A stretch of DNA of 64,000 nucleotides. Origin: the human T2T-CHM13v2.0 reference genome, Homo sapiens. Numbering within the stretch: the first letter of the stretch is position 1; every line of letters begins with the position of its first letter. The stretch lies in assembly GCF_009914755.1 (NCBI RefSeq), contig NC_060944.1. One strand, given 5' to 3'. Made by a program: the position numbers and the translations under genes. This document shows, in pieces, positions 27,579-39,140 of this stretch. Below the pieces are notes generated by a model. That model had not been told where the DNA came from and ran no database searches. It worked only from the letters and a program-made list of their open reading frames with translations.

Positions 27579-27877
27579 TTTTTTTTTTTTTTTTTGAGAC
27601 AGAGTCTTGCTCTGTCACCCGCGCTGTACTGCAGTGGTGTGATCTCAGCTCACTGTGACCTCCGACTCTGGGGTCAAGCGATTCTTGTGCCTCAGCCTCC
27701 TGAGTAGCTGGGACTACAGGCATGCACCACCATGCTTGGCTAATTTTTTGTATTTTTAGTAGAGAAAGGGTTTCACCATGTTGCCTAGGCTGGTCTTGAA
27801 CTCCTGATTTAAAGTGATCTGCCCACCTCGGCCTCCCAAAGTACTGGGAATATAGGCATGAGCCATCGTGCCTCGCC
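27579..27877 (-). mobile_element. Alu (S or J)
   Basis: Full dimer; TSD gaatttga at 27571 and 27879. Confidence 0.95.
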
Positions 27878-27888
27878 TGAATTTGAAT

Positions 27889-28208
27889 TTTTTATATGAA
27901 AATATTGGCCACTATTTCAAAACTTAAAACAATTAAAAACTTGGAAAAAAACCACAACAGACAGAAAAAAAAAACCGTGTCTGGGCTTGTACTAGCCAAA
28001 CAAAATATGACTGTGGTCTTTTATCAGTCTAATGATGCCTACTTTCAAAATTGCTAAACAAAGGCATATCTTATCCATAGCATGCTTGTAAATGAGAATA
28101 TATAGGAACAGAACAGAACGAGTAGCATTTTCTCCCCTCTGAATGCTAATACCAATGGGCCTTTTTCTTCCCCACATAAGGCCCCACTCATCAACATACC
28201 AACTGCAA
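27889..28208 (-). repeat. Right arm of inverted duplication (A-B-C on the minus strand)
   Basis: Manual reverse-complement alignment to 26858-27271. Confidence 0.93.
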
Positions 28209-28795
28209 AAACAGAAGTCGGGCAAAAGCAGTGCGTGTTGCTTCTATGTGAGCTGAAGTTTAATCACAGTGGTGTGTATAATGATAGCTCCACAGGTGTC
28301 CTTGTCTCTGGAAATCTTGGCTGTGACCCTGTAAGATATAACTCACAGTCTGCAATGAGAAACAGGGAATAAATCAGTTGGTCAGTCTCTCTGTATGATA
28401 AATCATGAGTGTGATGCTTTGGCAATTTAGATCAGCATTAAACTCTGGGACTAAATTAAAGAAATCACTTTCAGCTTGAGTCTGCACCTAGATTAAGTAG
28501 TTGTAACTTTCTAATAAATGTGGCAAGAGTTCTGTGAAGATTCAGACAAGTCTCACTTTGTTAAGAAAATAGGGGGGATGGAAAGCAAAGGAGGAACTGA
28601 AATATTTGGGAAGAATTGAACCACCAAGGGTTTAGATTAAATGATCAAAGACAGAAGAGCAAGTGTGATATCCTGAGTGAGCAGAGTACATGTATTTTCT
28701 TTAATGGGATGTAGTTTAAGCAGCATAAAATATTTATTTCTTGTAGTAGGTAATTGAGATCCCTAAATTGGGGCAATTACTTTGAATTTAGTCAG

Positions 28796-29295
28796 TGTAT
28801 CAATCAGCTATTTTTGCGTAACACCCCCCTAATCATCAGAGGCTTAAAGCTCCAATCATTTATTTTGACTTACGTGTCTGGGGCTGGCTGGGGTTGGCTG
28901 ACCTAGTCTGGCCTTGCCTCAATAGCTCCACCTCAAAACGTGTGTCCATCTGGGTTTGGCTCCTCACTGCGAGTTGTGCTCAGGTCTGATCCTCATATGC
29001 TTGGTCTGGAACCTCAGGCTGAGGAGCAACAGCTGGCCAGAAGTTGCTCTTTTTTCATGGTGTTGACAGAAGTACAAGAGACACGCACAGTGGCACAAGT
29101 GCAGACCCAGCCTCTGCTTGGATCATGTCAGCTATCATCCCAGTGGGTTCAGCTAACCTCAGGGTCAAACCCAAAGTCACGGTGTGGGGAGGTATACTCC
29201 ACCTTCAGTGGGAGGAACCACAAAGCCACAAGGTAAAGATACAGAATACATGAAAGTGGTGAATAATTGCTGGGCAGTAATTCAACTTATTGCAC
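28796..29295 (-). mobile_element. MLT1 (G/H/I-like) LTR
   Basis: tcagctatttttgcgtaacaccccc..ggcttaaa..tcatttattttgacttac. Confidence 0.65.
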
Positions 29296-31399
29296 TGTTA
29301 TGATAGGGCATCCGTGGATGATTGTATGGGTTCTGTGGAGATGGCATTATCTAGTTGGATTGCATAATGATAAAAGGTAATTAGGCAGTGCTAGGCAGAT
29401 GCCAAAGGTTCACACAGAGACTTTCTCCTTGATATAATTTGAAGTCTTGATTGAGAAGTGAAAAGGGAGATGGCTAGGTTTGCTGGCCTAGTGCTGTCTG
29501 TTTTGCTTCTAAATGATTGTTGAACATTTGAATTAATGTTAATTTGGTCAAGCTTCATCAAATGTCTGTATGCCAGTTGTGAGTCTTCTTCTAAAGGAAT
29601 TATTGTGCCCCCTACTTTCATTTGTTTTAAAAGCCTCATCACTAAACTTATGGTCGGCAGTATATTGTAGTCGGTACCTTGGTTGACGTGCATGGATTCC
29701 TATCTTCAACAAATAATATGGTAATAAGAGGATATAACTCACCCCTTACATGTAAACTACCTATATCCACACAAAATTGTCTTTCATTCTCTGAGAAACC
29801 ACAGGACTGGCCATGTCAATCTGAGGAGCATCCTAGGGAATTTGCAAGAGGACCTGGAGAAGCAGGGCTGCAATGTGAGGGTCACAATAGAAACTAATCA
29901 ATTGAGTTTCACTCCATCTGCAGAGGATGGTCAGCAAGGAGTCAGAATTTGTCTGTGCTTCTTCAACCCCATCCTAAATCAAGCAGAACATATATTTCAG
30001 TCTCCAGAGAGGAGAAAAGAGGCCATGGGAAGGAAGATGGTGCATCAAGCCATACTTGAAGCTTGAAGTGTCCCATTCCCTTATCCTGCTTTCATGTGCA
30101 TGAAGCAACCTTGGTGTTCTTGTTTATACATATGAGACTTATTCTCTAAGCATCCCCACTTCTGGGTGCCCCAAGAAACTGACAATCCACAGTCCAGCCT
30201 GTGGTGACCCTCCTAAAATCATGCCGCCTGGTGAAGCTCTGCCTGTTTTATGATCTGACGTCCCAGATCTTCATCTTTATTTTGTTTCTCTTGGAGATAT
30301 GCTTGATATTTCATGCTGTAGAGAAAATAGTAAAAAAAAAAAAGTGTTAGTTAAATTAAAAGAGTATAAAGATAAATGGAAAATTAAATGAGTAGCCTTG
30401 TAATTAACAAGGTAGTTAAATTATGTTTTAAATGAATTCTTATCTGCTGCCATCTGATTTCTTAAGACCTTCATAAAATTGGTCCATAGCAATAACATTA
30501 CTTGACTGGAAGTTTCAGAACACAGAGTGGCATATATCCCAAAAACGCAAATAATGTGAAACTGAGTGTTAGACATCTCTTATTTAAAGAAAAACATCTC
30601 CCAACCCTCCGGCAACTCTAGAGAGGAGGAGATATCTAAATGAATAATCAATCAATTAAGTTATCTCTTCCATCTTCTCTTCAATGTGATCCAATCTTCC
30701 CCCTTTAGCTCAGCTTTACCCTTCAGCAGCCTGCCCTAGGGTCTTTTTTTTGCACACATGATTATTGTCAGGATACTTTTCTAAACAAAGACTCATTTTC
30801 TCCCTGTGGAGGAATTCTGATGCCAAATGTTAAGAAAATTGTTTGACCCTAATAAAAATTTATGTATTTTTTTTCTAACCCTGTTCATTATTGATTTCAG
30901 TTTATTCTGAACACTGAATTTTTTAATGTATCAAAAGTGTGTTGTTACCTAGGTCAGCCTGTGTGGTCACTCAGTCAATACATGAGTTTTAATTCAATTC
31001 AATAAATATTTTCCATGTGCAAGGCACTGAGATCAAGCACTGGGCATATTAACTGTAAATTAGATTTAGTGCTTGCCCTCAAGAAGATTACAGTCTAGTG
31101 GAGGACCAGCACCCCTGCACAACCACAGAGTGCCACGAGCCATGTCAGAAGAACCCCCTGCATTGGTAAAGAAGCACGCCCACCTTTACAGTTGAGTATT
31201 TCTCATGGGGGAAGGGATATTTTCCCCAATTTGTTTATTATAAAAAATTTCAAACATTAAGAAAAATTGAAGAAATAGTGCAGTGAACAGATATGTTCCC
31301 CACCTGGATTCAATAATTGAAATTTGCTGTATTTTTGTTTTCTTTTTCTATCTATCTATCAATTTACTGATCTATCAATCTATCTATCATCTATCTGTC

Positions 31400-31809
31400 T
31401 GATATAGTTTGGATATTTGTCCCCACCCAAATCTCATGTTGAATTGTAATCCCCAAAGCTGGAGGTGGGGCCTGGTGGGAGGTGTTTTGGCCATCGGGGT
31501 GGATCCCTCATGGCCTGGTGCTGTTTTAATGATAGTGAGTTCTTGTGAGATCTGGTCATTTAAAAGTGTGTGGCACTTCTTCCCCACTTTCTCTCTTGCT
31601 TGCTCCTGCTTTCTCCGTATGATGTGCACGCTCCCGCTTCACCTTCCGCTGTGAGTAAAATCTCCCTGAGGCCTCCCCAGAGGCCAAGTGATGTCGCTGC
31701 TAGGCTTCCTATACAGCCTGCAGAACCACGAGCCAATTAAACCCCTTCTCTTTAGGAAGTACCCAGTCTCAGGTATTTCTTTATTTCAATGCAAGAATGA
31801 CCTAATACA
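31400..31809 (+). mobile_element. MST (MSTA/B-like) solo LTR
   Basis: tgatatagtttggatatttgtcccc...cctaataca; TSD ctgtc/ctatc. Confidence 0.9.
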
Positions 31810-31846
31810 CTATCTATGTATCTATGTATCTATGTATCTATCTATG

Positions 31847-31880
<34 letters not shown>
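31810..31880. repeat. (TCTA/TGTA)n tetranucleotide repeat
   Basis: Direct reading; related units lie left of the LTR at ~31347-31399. Confidence 0.93.
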
Positions 31881-31881
<1 letters not shown>

Positions 31882-32319
31882 GAAAGCAAATTGGAGAAAT
31901 TATGACAATTCATCCCAAATGCTTCAACTTGCATCTCCAAAGAATATAGACATTCTGCTGCACAACCATAGTATCATTATTATACCCCCAAAATGGACAA
32001 AAATTACATATCATCTAATACCCAGCCATATTTGAATTCCCTCAATTAATCCTCCAACCTGTTACGGCTCTTTACTGTTGTTACTGTTGTTGAAACCAAT
32101 CATAGATTAAGCACTAAATTTGTTTTTATGTCCCTTCAGTTTCTTTCAATATAGAACAGTGTCCTGCTTTGGTAAAGTACTATATTTTGAATTTTTCTGA
32201 TTATTTTCTTAAAGAGCTGTATAACATTTTTCTTTAAGTCTTCTATTTCTTGTAAACTACAAGTTCCATCTTGAGGTGTGATTAGATTCAGGTTGAATAT
32301 TTTTGGCTAGAAAAATTCA

Positions 32320-32970
<651 letters not shown>

Positions 32971-34239
32971 TCACATCAAGAGGTTCCCATTGTTATTTGT
33001 GGTGCCATGTTTGGTCACCTGGTTTTGATGTTTGTCGCAAAATTATCTCGATTATGAAGATACATTTTCTCCCTCATTTTCAATTAGTAAGTGATCTGTG
33101 AGTTGACACTGGCGTCATTGCCTAGCTTGCTTACCCAAACCTGAAGCTTGTATTATCCATTGATGAGCCTTTTCTAAATCACTCCAGTAGGGTTAGCAAA
33201 ATGGTGATTCTCTAATTCTATCATTCCTTCTACATAGATTAACTAGTAGGCTCCTGTAAATAACTTTCATTTTTTAATATGCTTACAGAAAGAAGGTGTA
33301 TTTGAGTGGAGCATGACCTAGAAATAGCAAATATCTAGCTACACATAAACGTTAAAAACCCAAGAACAGGAAAGAAATTTAGAGAAACTAGAGCATTTAG
33401 AGCTAGAAGGGACCTAAAACAATATATACTCCAACCTTTTAACAAGTGAAAAAAGTGAAGTCCAACTATGTTGTTTATTTTTATCTCATAACTAACTAGC
33501 TTGATGTAACAGATCTTTGAATAAAAGGAAACACATTGTACACGGGTGCAATGAGGTCAAAGTACGAATATAATTACCACTGATTTGTTGACAACATTGT
33601 TTGCTGCATTATAATTTTATAGGATAATAGGAGATTGCTTATTCCAGCCTCAGTAAGCATTATTGCACACATGAAATGTGCAGGGTATAAGTTTTTATAT
33701 TTTTCCTTCATTATGTGATTGCCAAGGCTTTATTTCTAATGCTAAGATATTTTCACTGGGTTTAAACTGAGCCGACTTATGTACCCTGGTTCTTTCCTAC
33801 TCTTGAAACTGTCAGTAATGTCACAGTGTCTCATAGCTGGAAATGTAGTAACCACATCACTCCCCCCAACTCCTGCTCCCTGATTTTTCATTAGGATGCA
33901 GTTTATTAATCCAAGTAAAAATATGAAAGCCTCCTATGATTAGGTTTAAGCCTAATATATGATCCTCCTTCCTGGAAGGGCACTTTGAGCTGGTCATTAG
34001 GGAATGGAGAGAACGGGTATCATTAGGGAATTTGCCTAGGAAGAGCAAGGCCAAGACTGGAAGGAAAATTGGATTTTATTTGCCAAAGCCGAGGTAATGT
34101 CCTAAATAAAAATTTCCCCAACCAGGAAGACCTAAGAAAATTGTCAAGAGGTAGAGTTTAGAACCAGGGGCACAAAGGGCAGGTGGGAGAATAGGCTGGG
34201 GGAAGACTGGAGTGCTACCAACAACTAGCTTTATGTTTT

Positions 34240-34450
34240 CCTTTATAAACACGTATTGAGCACCTACTATGTGACAGGCATGGTGCTGTGTGTTTTGTGT
34301 GCATTACCTAATGTAATCCTCACAACAGCCTAGAAGTCAGTACTTTTATTACCCTCATTTTAGAGATGCAAAACTGAGGCAACTTACCTATGGTCACCCT
34401 GTTAATAAGTGTTGGGGTGTCCCTGACCCCTGCACTTTTAATCAGTAGGT
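34240..34450 (-). mobile_element. MIR
   Basis: tattgagcacctactatgtg..aatcctcacaacagcc..cattttagagatgcaaaactgaggc. Confidence 0.8.
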
Positions 34451-35321
34451 AATATGTAGTACCTTTCTCTGGCTTGTAAATGTTTTCTTGCAGAGAAAAT
34501 GGGAAGCAACTATCTAGATTGGAAAGGTTAAAACGAAGGAATCGGAAAGCAACAGTTAAATAGAGTTAAATGGCTACTTTTCCCTCTCAGAGTTTTGGAA
34601 TACCTATGAGCTTTCAGCCATAAAGCCAAGAAGGTTCTGGCTGGCACGACATTGTCCCCGACTAATGCTAGGATGGTGTTGTCAAACAGAGGCAGAAACA
34701 GAGCCCTATCCTGTTTCTGCTCAGTTGCCCATTTCAGTCTCCGTCCTGATGCAACACGAACTTCTACAGACAGACTCAGGGTCTCCAGAAAGCAAAGCCT
34801 TTAGGAATTAAAGTCATCTTTGCTTTTAAATACTTGTTTCTCCCATGTTAAGGACACTTTTCTAGACAAAAACCTCCTGATTGCCTGTTGCTGTGGCATA
34901 TCTTCACAAATTCATTTTTCATAAATGTCCCAAATACATCTGAGACATTTTTTATAACTTGTGTAAGCTTCCAGAGACAAATGTTAAAGATGACAGTTTG
35001 GAAATGAAGACACATAAAACATGCCTTGGGAAATAGAAATCCTAGGGCAGCGACCTCAAATTCAGTCCTCTGTTCCTTTTTAGTCAATATATTGAATATC
35101 ATATTCATATATATCATATCAACATCATATGTATCGAATATCATTATATGCTGCAAGTCTAAAGAAAGAGAGACTGGAAGTGAAGAGGTCAAGGTTTCAG
35201 CCATCCATGGACCTGTGAAGGCTTGACTTTGAAATAGTCACATGATCACTTTGGCTATTAGTTTTATCACTTCTCTTATCTTGGTCTGAAGATCTGAGCT
35301 GTGTTTTATGATAAAGAAAAA

Positions 35322-35805
35322 TGTATAAGCTAGTTTTTGCTGTATAACAAAACAACTTAATCACTTAAAACAGTAACAATTTAATGTAGCTCATGATCTG
35401 GTATGGGCTGGCTCAGCTGATCTCTGCCTGGGCTCTATCATGCAATGGTTGTCAGCCAGTCCCTTAGCTGGCTGCTGGGTAATCCAGGATAGCATCAGCT
35501 CTACATTATGGATTTGGCTGAGCACGTTGTTTCTCCTCTGTTTGGCCTCTTCTCTCCAGCAGTGCTCAGACTTATTCATGTGGTACCTCAGTTCCTGAAA
35601 CAGCAAGATGGCAAGCCCCAATCCTCTTTGCAAGCTTTTACTTTCATCACGTTTGCTAATGAGCCATTGACTCAGGAAAGACATGGCCAGATTTAAGAGA
35701 TGAGGGAATATATCCCACCTGTTGGTGGAAAGATCTCTGACACCACATGGCAAAGATAAGAATGTAAGGGGTGGGGGGATTATGGCCGTTTTTATCGTCT
35801 CCCAT
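35322..35805 (-). mobile_element. MLT1 (G/H-like) LTR
   Basis: gctgtataacaaaaca..cttaaaacagtaacaattta..gctcatgatctgg..gggctggctcagctg. Confidence 0.7.
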
Positions 35806-36696
35806 GGAAAGGAAATTCACTGGCTCTGAACAGTGCTAATCAAAATTGTTACTGAACATCATAAAGAACGTGAGGAGAGGCCTCTACTATGCATTATGTT
35901 CATAGAATCCTTAATGGAAAAAAGTTTGAAAATACTGACTACTTGGTGTCTAGAGCCCCCTCCAGCTTTAGTATCCTGTGACTAAGAAATATCACTTGTC
36001 CACCAAGTGACATCTAGAGACTCTTCATCAATAATATGAGATGGAATCATGGGAACATGTGTTTGAACACAACACCTTGTGGATCAGGTTCTCTGCTTCA
36101 CAGCGGAATGCTTATGCTTAGAATTTTTGAGTGCTAACAAGTGAGGTTGAGTCTGTGAGCTGCTTGTCTCAAAACTAGATTCTGAAAATTTGCAGCCACT
36201 GCTACAGTCTTGGCTTGTAGTTTTACATTGAATTATTGGACTGAATTATTTCATTTTGTCCTGGCGTGCCTTATCAACTGAAAATATTGTCCCAGAGAGG
36301 GAGCACAACAATATTTTGTAAAGAAATCATTCCTGCAGAGATGTAAAGACTGGTTAGTAACCTGAGTCTCTGACCCACTGTAGCAAACAGACACACAGGA
36401 TGCTGAGAAGGATCCAGGACTCACTAAGCTGCTTAACTCAAAAGGAAATAGTAAGGTTTACACTGGCGACATGAAGCTGAGTCTCCTTTGGGTCTGGAGT
36501 AGATTTTGGTCTGTGCTTATGAATCGTCTCTGCACAGATGAAATAATAGACATTTTAATGACTGTTCATATTTATAATTATATTAGCTTTGGATCCAGGT
36601 TAGAAATTCTTCATTCCTCCTGTCAAGAACTTGCATAACCCTGAATGGTGATTAGTAATGCTAGTTAAGCATGCTAGTTCATTTTCAAAATCTGTT

Positions 36697-36703
<7 letters not shown>

Positions 36704-36747
<44 letters not shown>
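36704..36747. repeat. (AC)22 microsatellite
   Basis: Direct reading. Confidence 0.97.
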
Positions 36748-36749
<2 letters not shown>

Positions 36750-36798
36750 AGAGTCATTCATTCACTCATTCATTCATTTGATAGGAAGTTAAGTGGCA

Positions 36799-37686
36799 TG
36801 TAGTAGACATCTGTTGTTTGTTTTTGTCACCCCAAATCTGTTTGCTTTTCTCCTGACAACACCATTCTGACTTTCTTTTGGGGAACATACCCTTGCTCCC
36901 ATTCTCACTCCAGGTTCTTCAGATGGGGTGAGTTCATGGGTGGGCATGTGACTCAGCCTCGGCCAATTCACACGACATATTCTCCTGGCCATGGTGGTGC
37001 ATCAGAGGTGGCAAACTCTCAAGCCAAAGCCAGTGACATGCGAAAGAACTTTCACTGAGACTGTTGAGACAGAGGCCGTCTGCCCTTTCCTGCTGATTAT
37101 AACTTGGAAGAAGAAAGCCCTGGAGATCTTGGCCACTGATATGGTTTAGCTGTGTCCCCACCCAAATCTCATCTTGAATTGTAGCTCCCACAATTCTCAC
37201 ATGTCGTGGGAGGGGCCCGGTGGTAGGTAATTGAATGATGGGTCTTTGCCATGCTGTTCTTGTGATAGTGAATAGGTCTCATGAGATCTGATGATTTTAT
37301 AAAGGTGAGTTCCCTGCACAAGTTCTCTTTTTGCCTGTCACCATGTAAGACATGCCTTTTACCTTCTGCCATGATTGTGAGGCCTCCCCAGCCACGTGGA
37401 ACCATGAGTCCATTAAACCTCTTTCTTTTATGAATTACCCAGTCTTGTGTATGTCTTTATTAACAGTGTGTAAACAGACTAATAGAGCCACCATCTCTCT
37501 ACCACATGGAGCTCCAGAATGAACCTGATGTATAGGAAATTAAGAAAGAGGGGAAGATATGGGATCCTTCTGACATTTGATTCTAACCCCCACCCTGACC
37601 TTTTCAGATACAGGAGTCTATATATTGTCTTTTATTTTCTTAAGACAGCTTAAGTTTTCTGGAACTTGCTTCTGAACATTCTGTTA
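36799..37686 (+). mobile_element. Old MaLR/ERVL LTR (MLT1K-like) split by THE1B
   Basis: tgtagtagacatctgttg..gggtgggcatgtgactcagcctggccaat. Confidence 0.6.
37137..37486 (+). mobile_element. THE1B-like solo LTR
   Basis: tgatatggtttagctgtgtccccaccc...gactaataga; perfect TSD gccac. Confidence 0.93.
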
Positions 37687-38185
37687 CGTCATTTTTAAAT
37701 ACTTGCCAATTATTTTTATTAGTTACTCATCAGGGAGGGAAATCAAACCAGCTCCTGTAAAAAGAATGGAATTTCAACTATCCAGAGTCTCAAATCTAAA
37801 AATAGGTGGCTAACTCATGTCAGAAGTATGAACCCTCAGTTCCACTAAATCCCAATCTTCATAAGTGGAAGCCCAAGAATCTCTATTAAAAAATTTTAAA
37901 AGCTTGCTAGTTTATGATGTATCCTGCTTAGCACCTGTTCATGGTCTATGTCCCAGAGATATTTTGAATATCACATGTAAAGGGGAAAGGAAATAGGATA
38001 TATTTTTCACTTTCTGTAGGCCAGATATTTTTTGAAGTACTTCAGCATATTTTCATGTAAGATATTTAAGAAAAACTTTTGCATGCATTTCCTCAGTGTT
38101 CTAGGTATAATACTTTAGATTACTGGTTGCTCAGTAGGGAGGAAAAAAAAAAAAAGCAGCCCTGATCTCAAGGAGCTTATAGTCT

Positions 38186-38350
38186 ATCGCATCCAATAGA
38201 AATTTCTGCCCTTAAATGTTCCACGTCTGCCCTGTCCAGTACATTAACCATGGCTATTGGGTATGAGAAATGTGGCTAGTGAGAAATGGATTTTTAAATT
38301 GTATTAATTTGAGTAGCCATATGTGGCTTGTGGCTACCGTATTGAAATGT
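38186..38350. mobile_element. MER3 (hAT-Charlie)
   Basis: tccaatagaaatttctgc..tagccatatgtggcttgtggctaccgtattg. Confidence 0.75.
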
Positions 38351-38364
38351 AAAGGAGTGTACAT

Positions 38365-38521
38365 CTAGGTTATTTCTTCTTAAACTTGCATGTGCGTATG
38401 AATCATCTATAGATCCTGTGAACCTATAGATCTGATTTAGTAGGATTTGGTGTTGGGGTGGTGGTTCTGCGTTTCTAACAATCTCAGAAGTGGCTGATCC
38501 ATGGACCACACCGAGTAGCAA
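38365..38521. mobile_element. MER5A (hAT-Charlie)
   Basis: tctgatttagtagg..ttctgcgtttctaaca..catggaccacac.gagtagca. Confidence 0.75.
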
Positions 38522-39079
38522 AAATAATCATCAAAGTAAAAAAGTTAATTACAAAATATGGTAAGACCATAGTGGGGACAAGATGCTATAAGGGAGAACG
38601 GAAGGGGAAGAGGGGAAGGGTTTGCGACTCAATTTAAACTAGGAGGGGAATTATAGAAGGCCTCACTGGAGAGGGGGCCCTGGAGTTGCAGCCTGCAGGA
38701 TGCAGATGAGCTAGTTAGGATACAGAGGTGAGGGGAGGCAGTGCGACAGGGAGCAGCAGTGGGTGCGAAGGCATCTCAACCACTTTTATGAAAGAATCTG
38801 TGAAATAGGCGAGTCATCAATAATAGAATTATCATTACATTTAGAAGCCCCTTACTAAGCCATTCTTCTCCTTGACCTCCCTGACAGGTTCAGGTAGGTG
38901 CCCTTCTCAGTCCCCATAACTCAAGGCATATTTTCCCATAATCATTAACACCTTGAGTTGAAATGTGCCCTCTATCAGTCTCTGCTGCCCACTGAACTGT
39001 GAACCCTTAATGTCATTTTATTCTCTGCGTCCTCGCATGGTAGGCATTTTACACATATTTGTCAAACTGTAGCCAAAAA

Positions 39080-39140
39080 GTGTGTTTGTGTGTGTGTGTC
39101 TATGTGTGTGTGTGTTGTGTGTGTGTGTGTGTGTGTGTGT
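39080..39140. repeat. Imperfect (TG)n microsatellite
   Basis: Direct reading. Confidence 0.93.
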
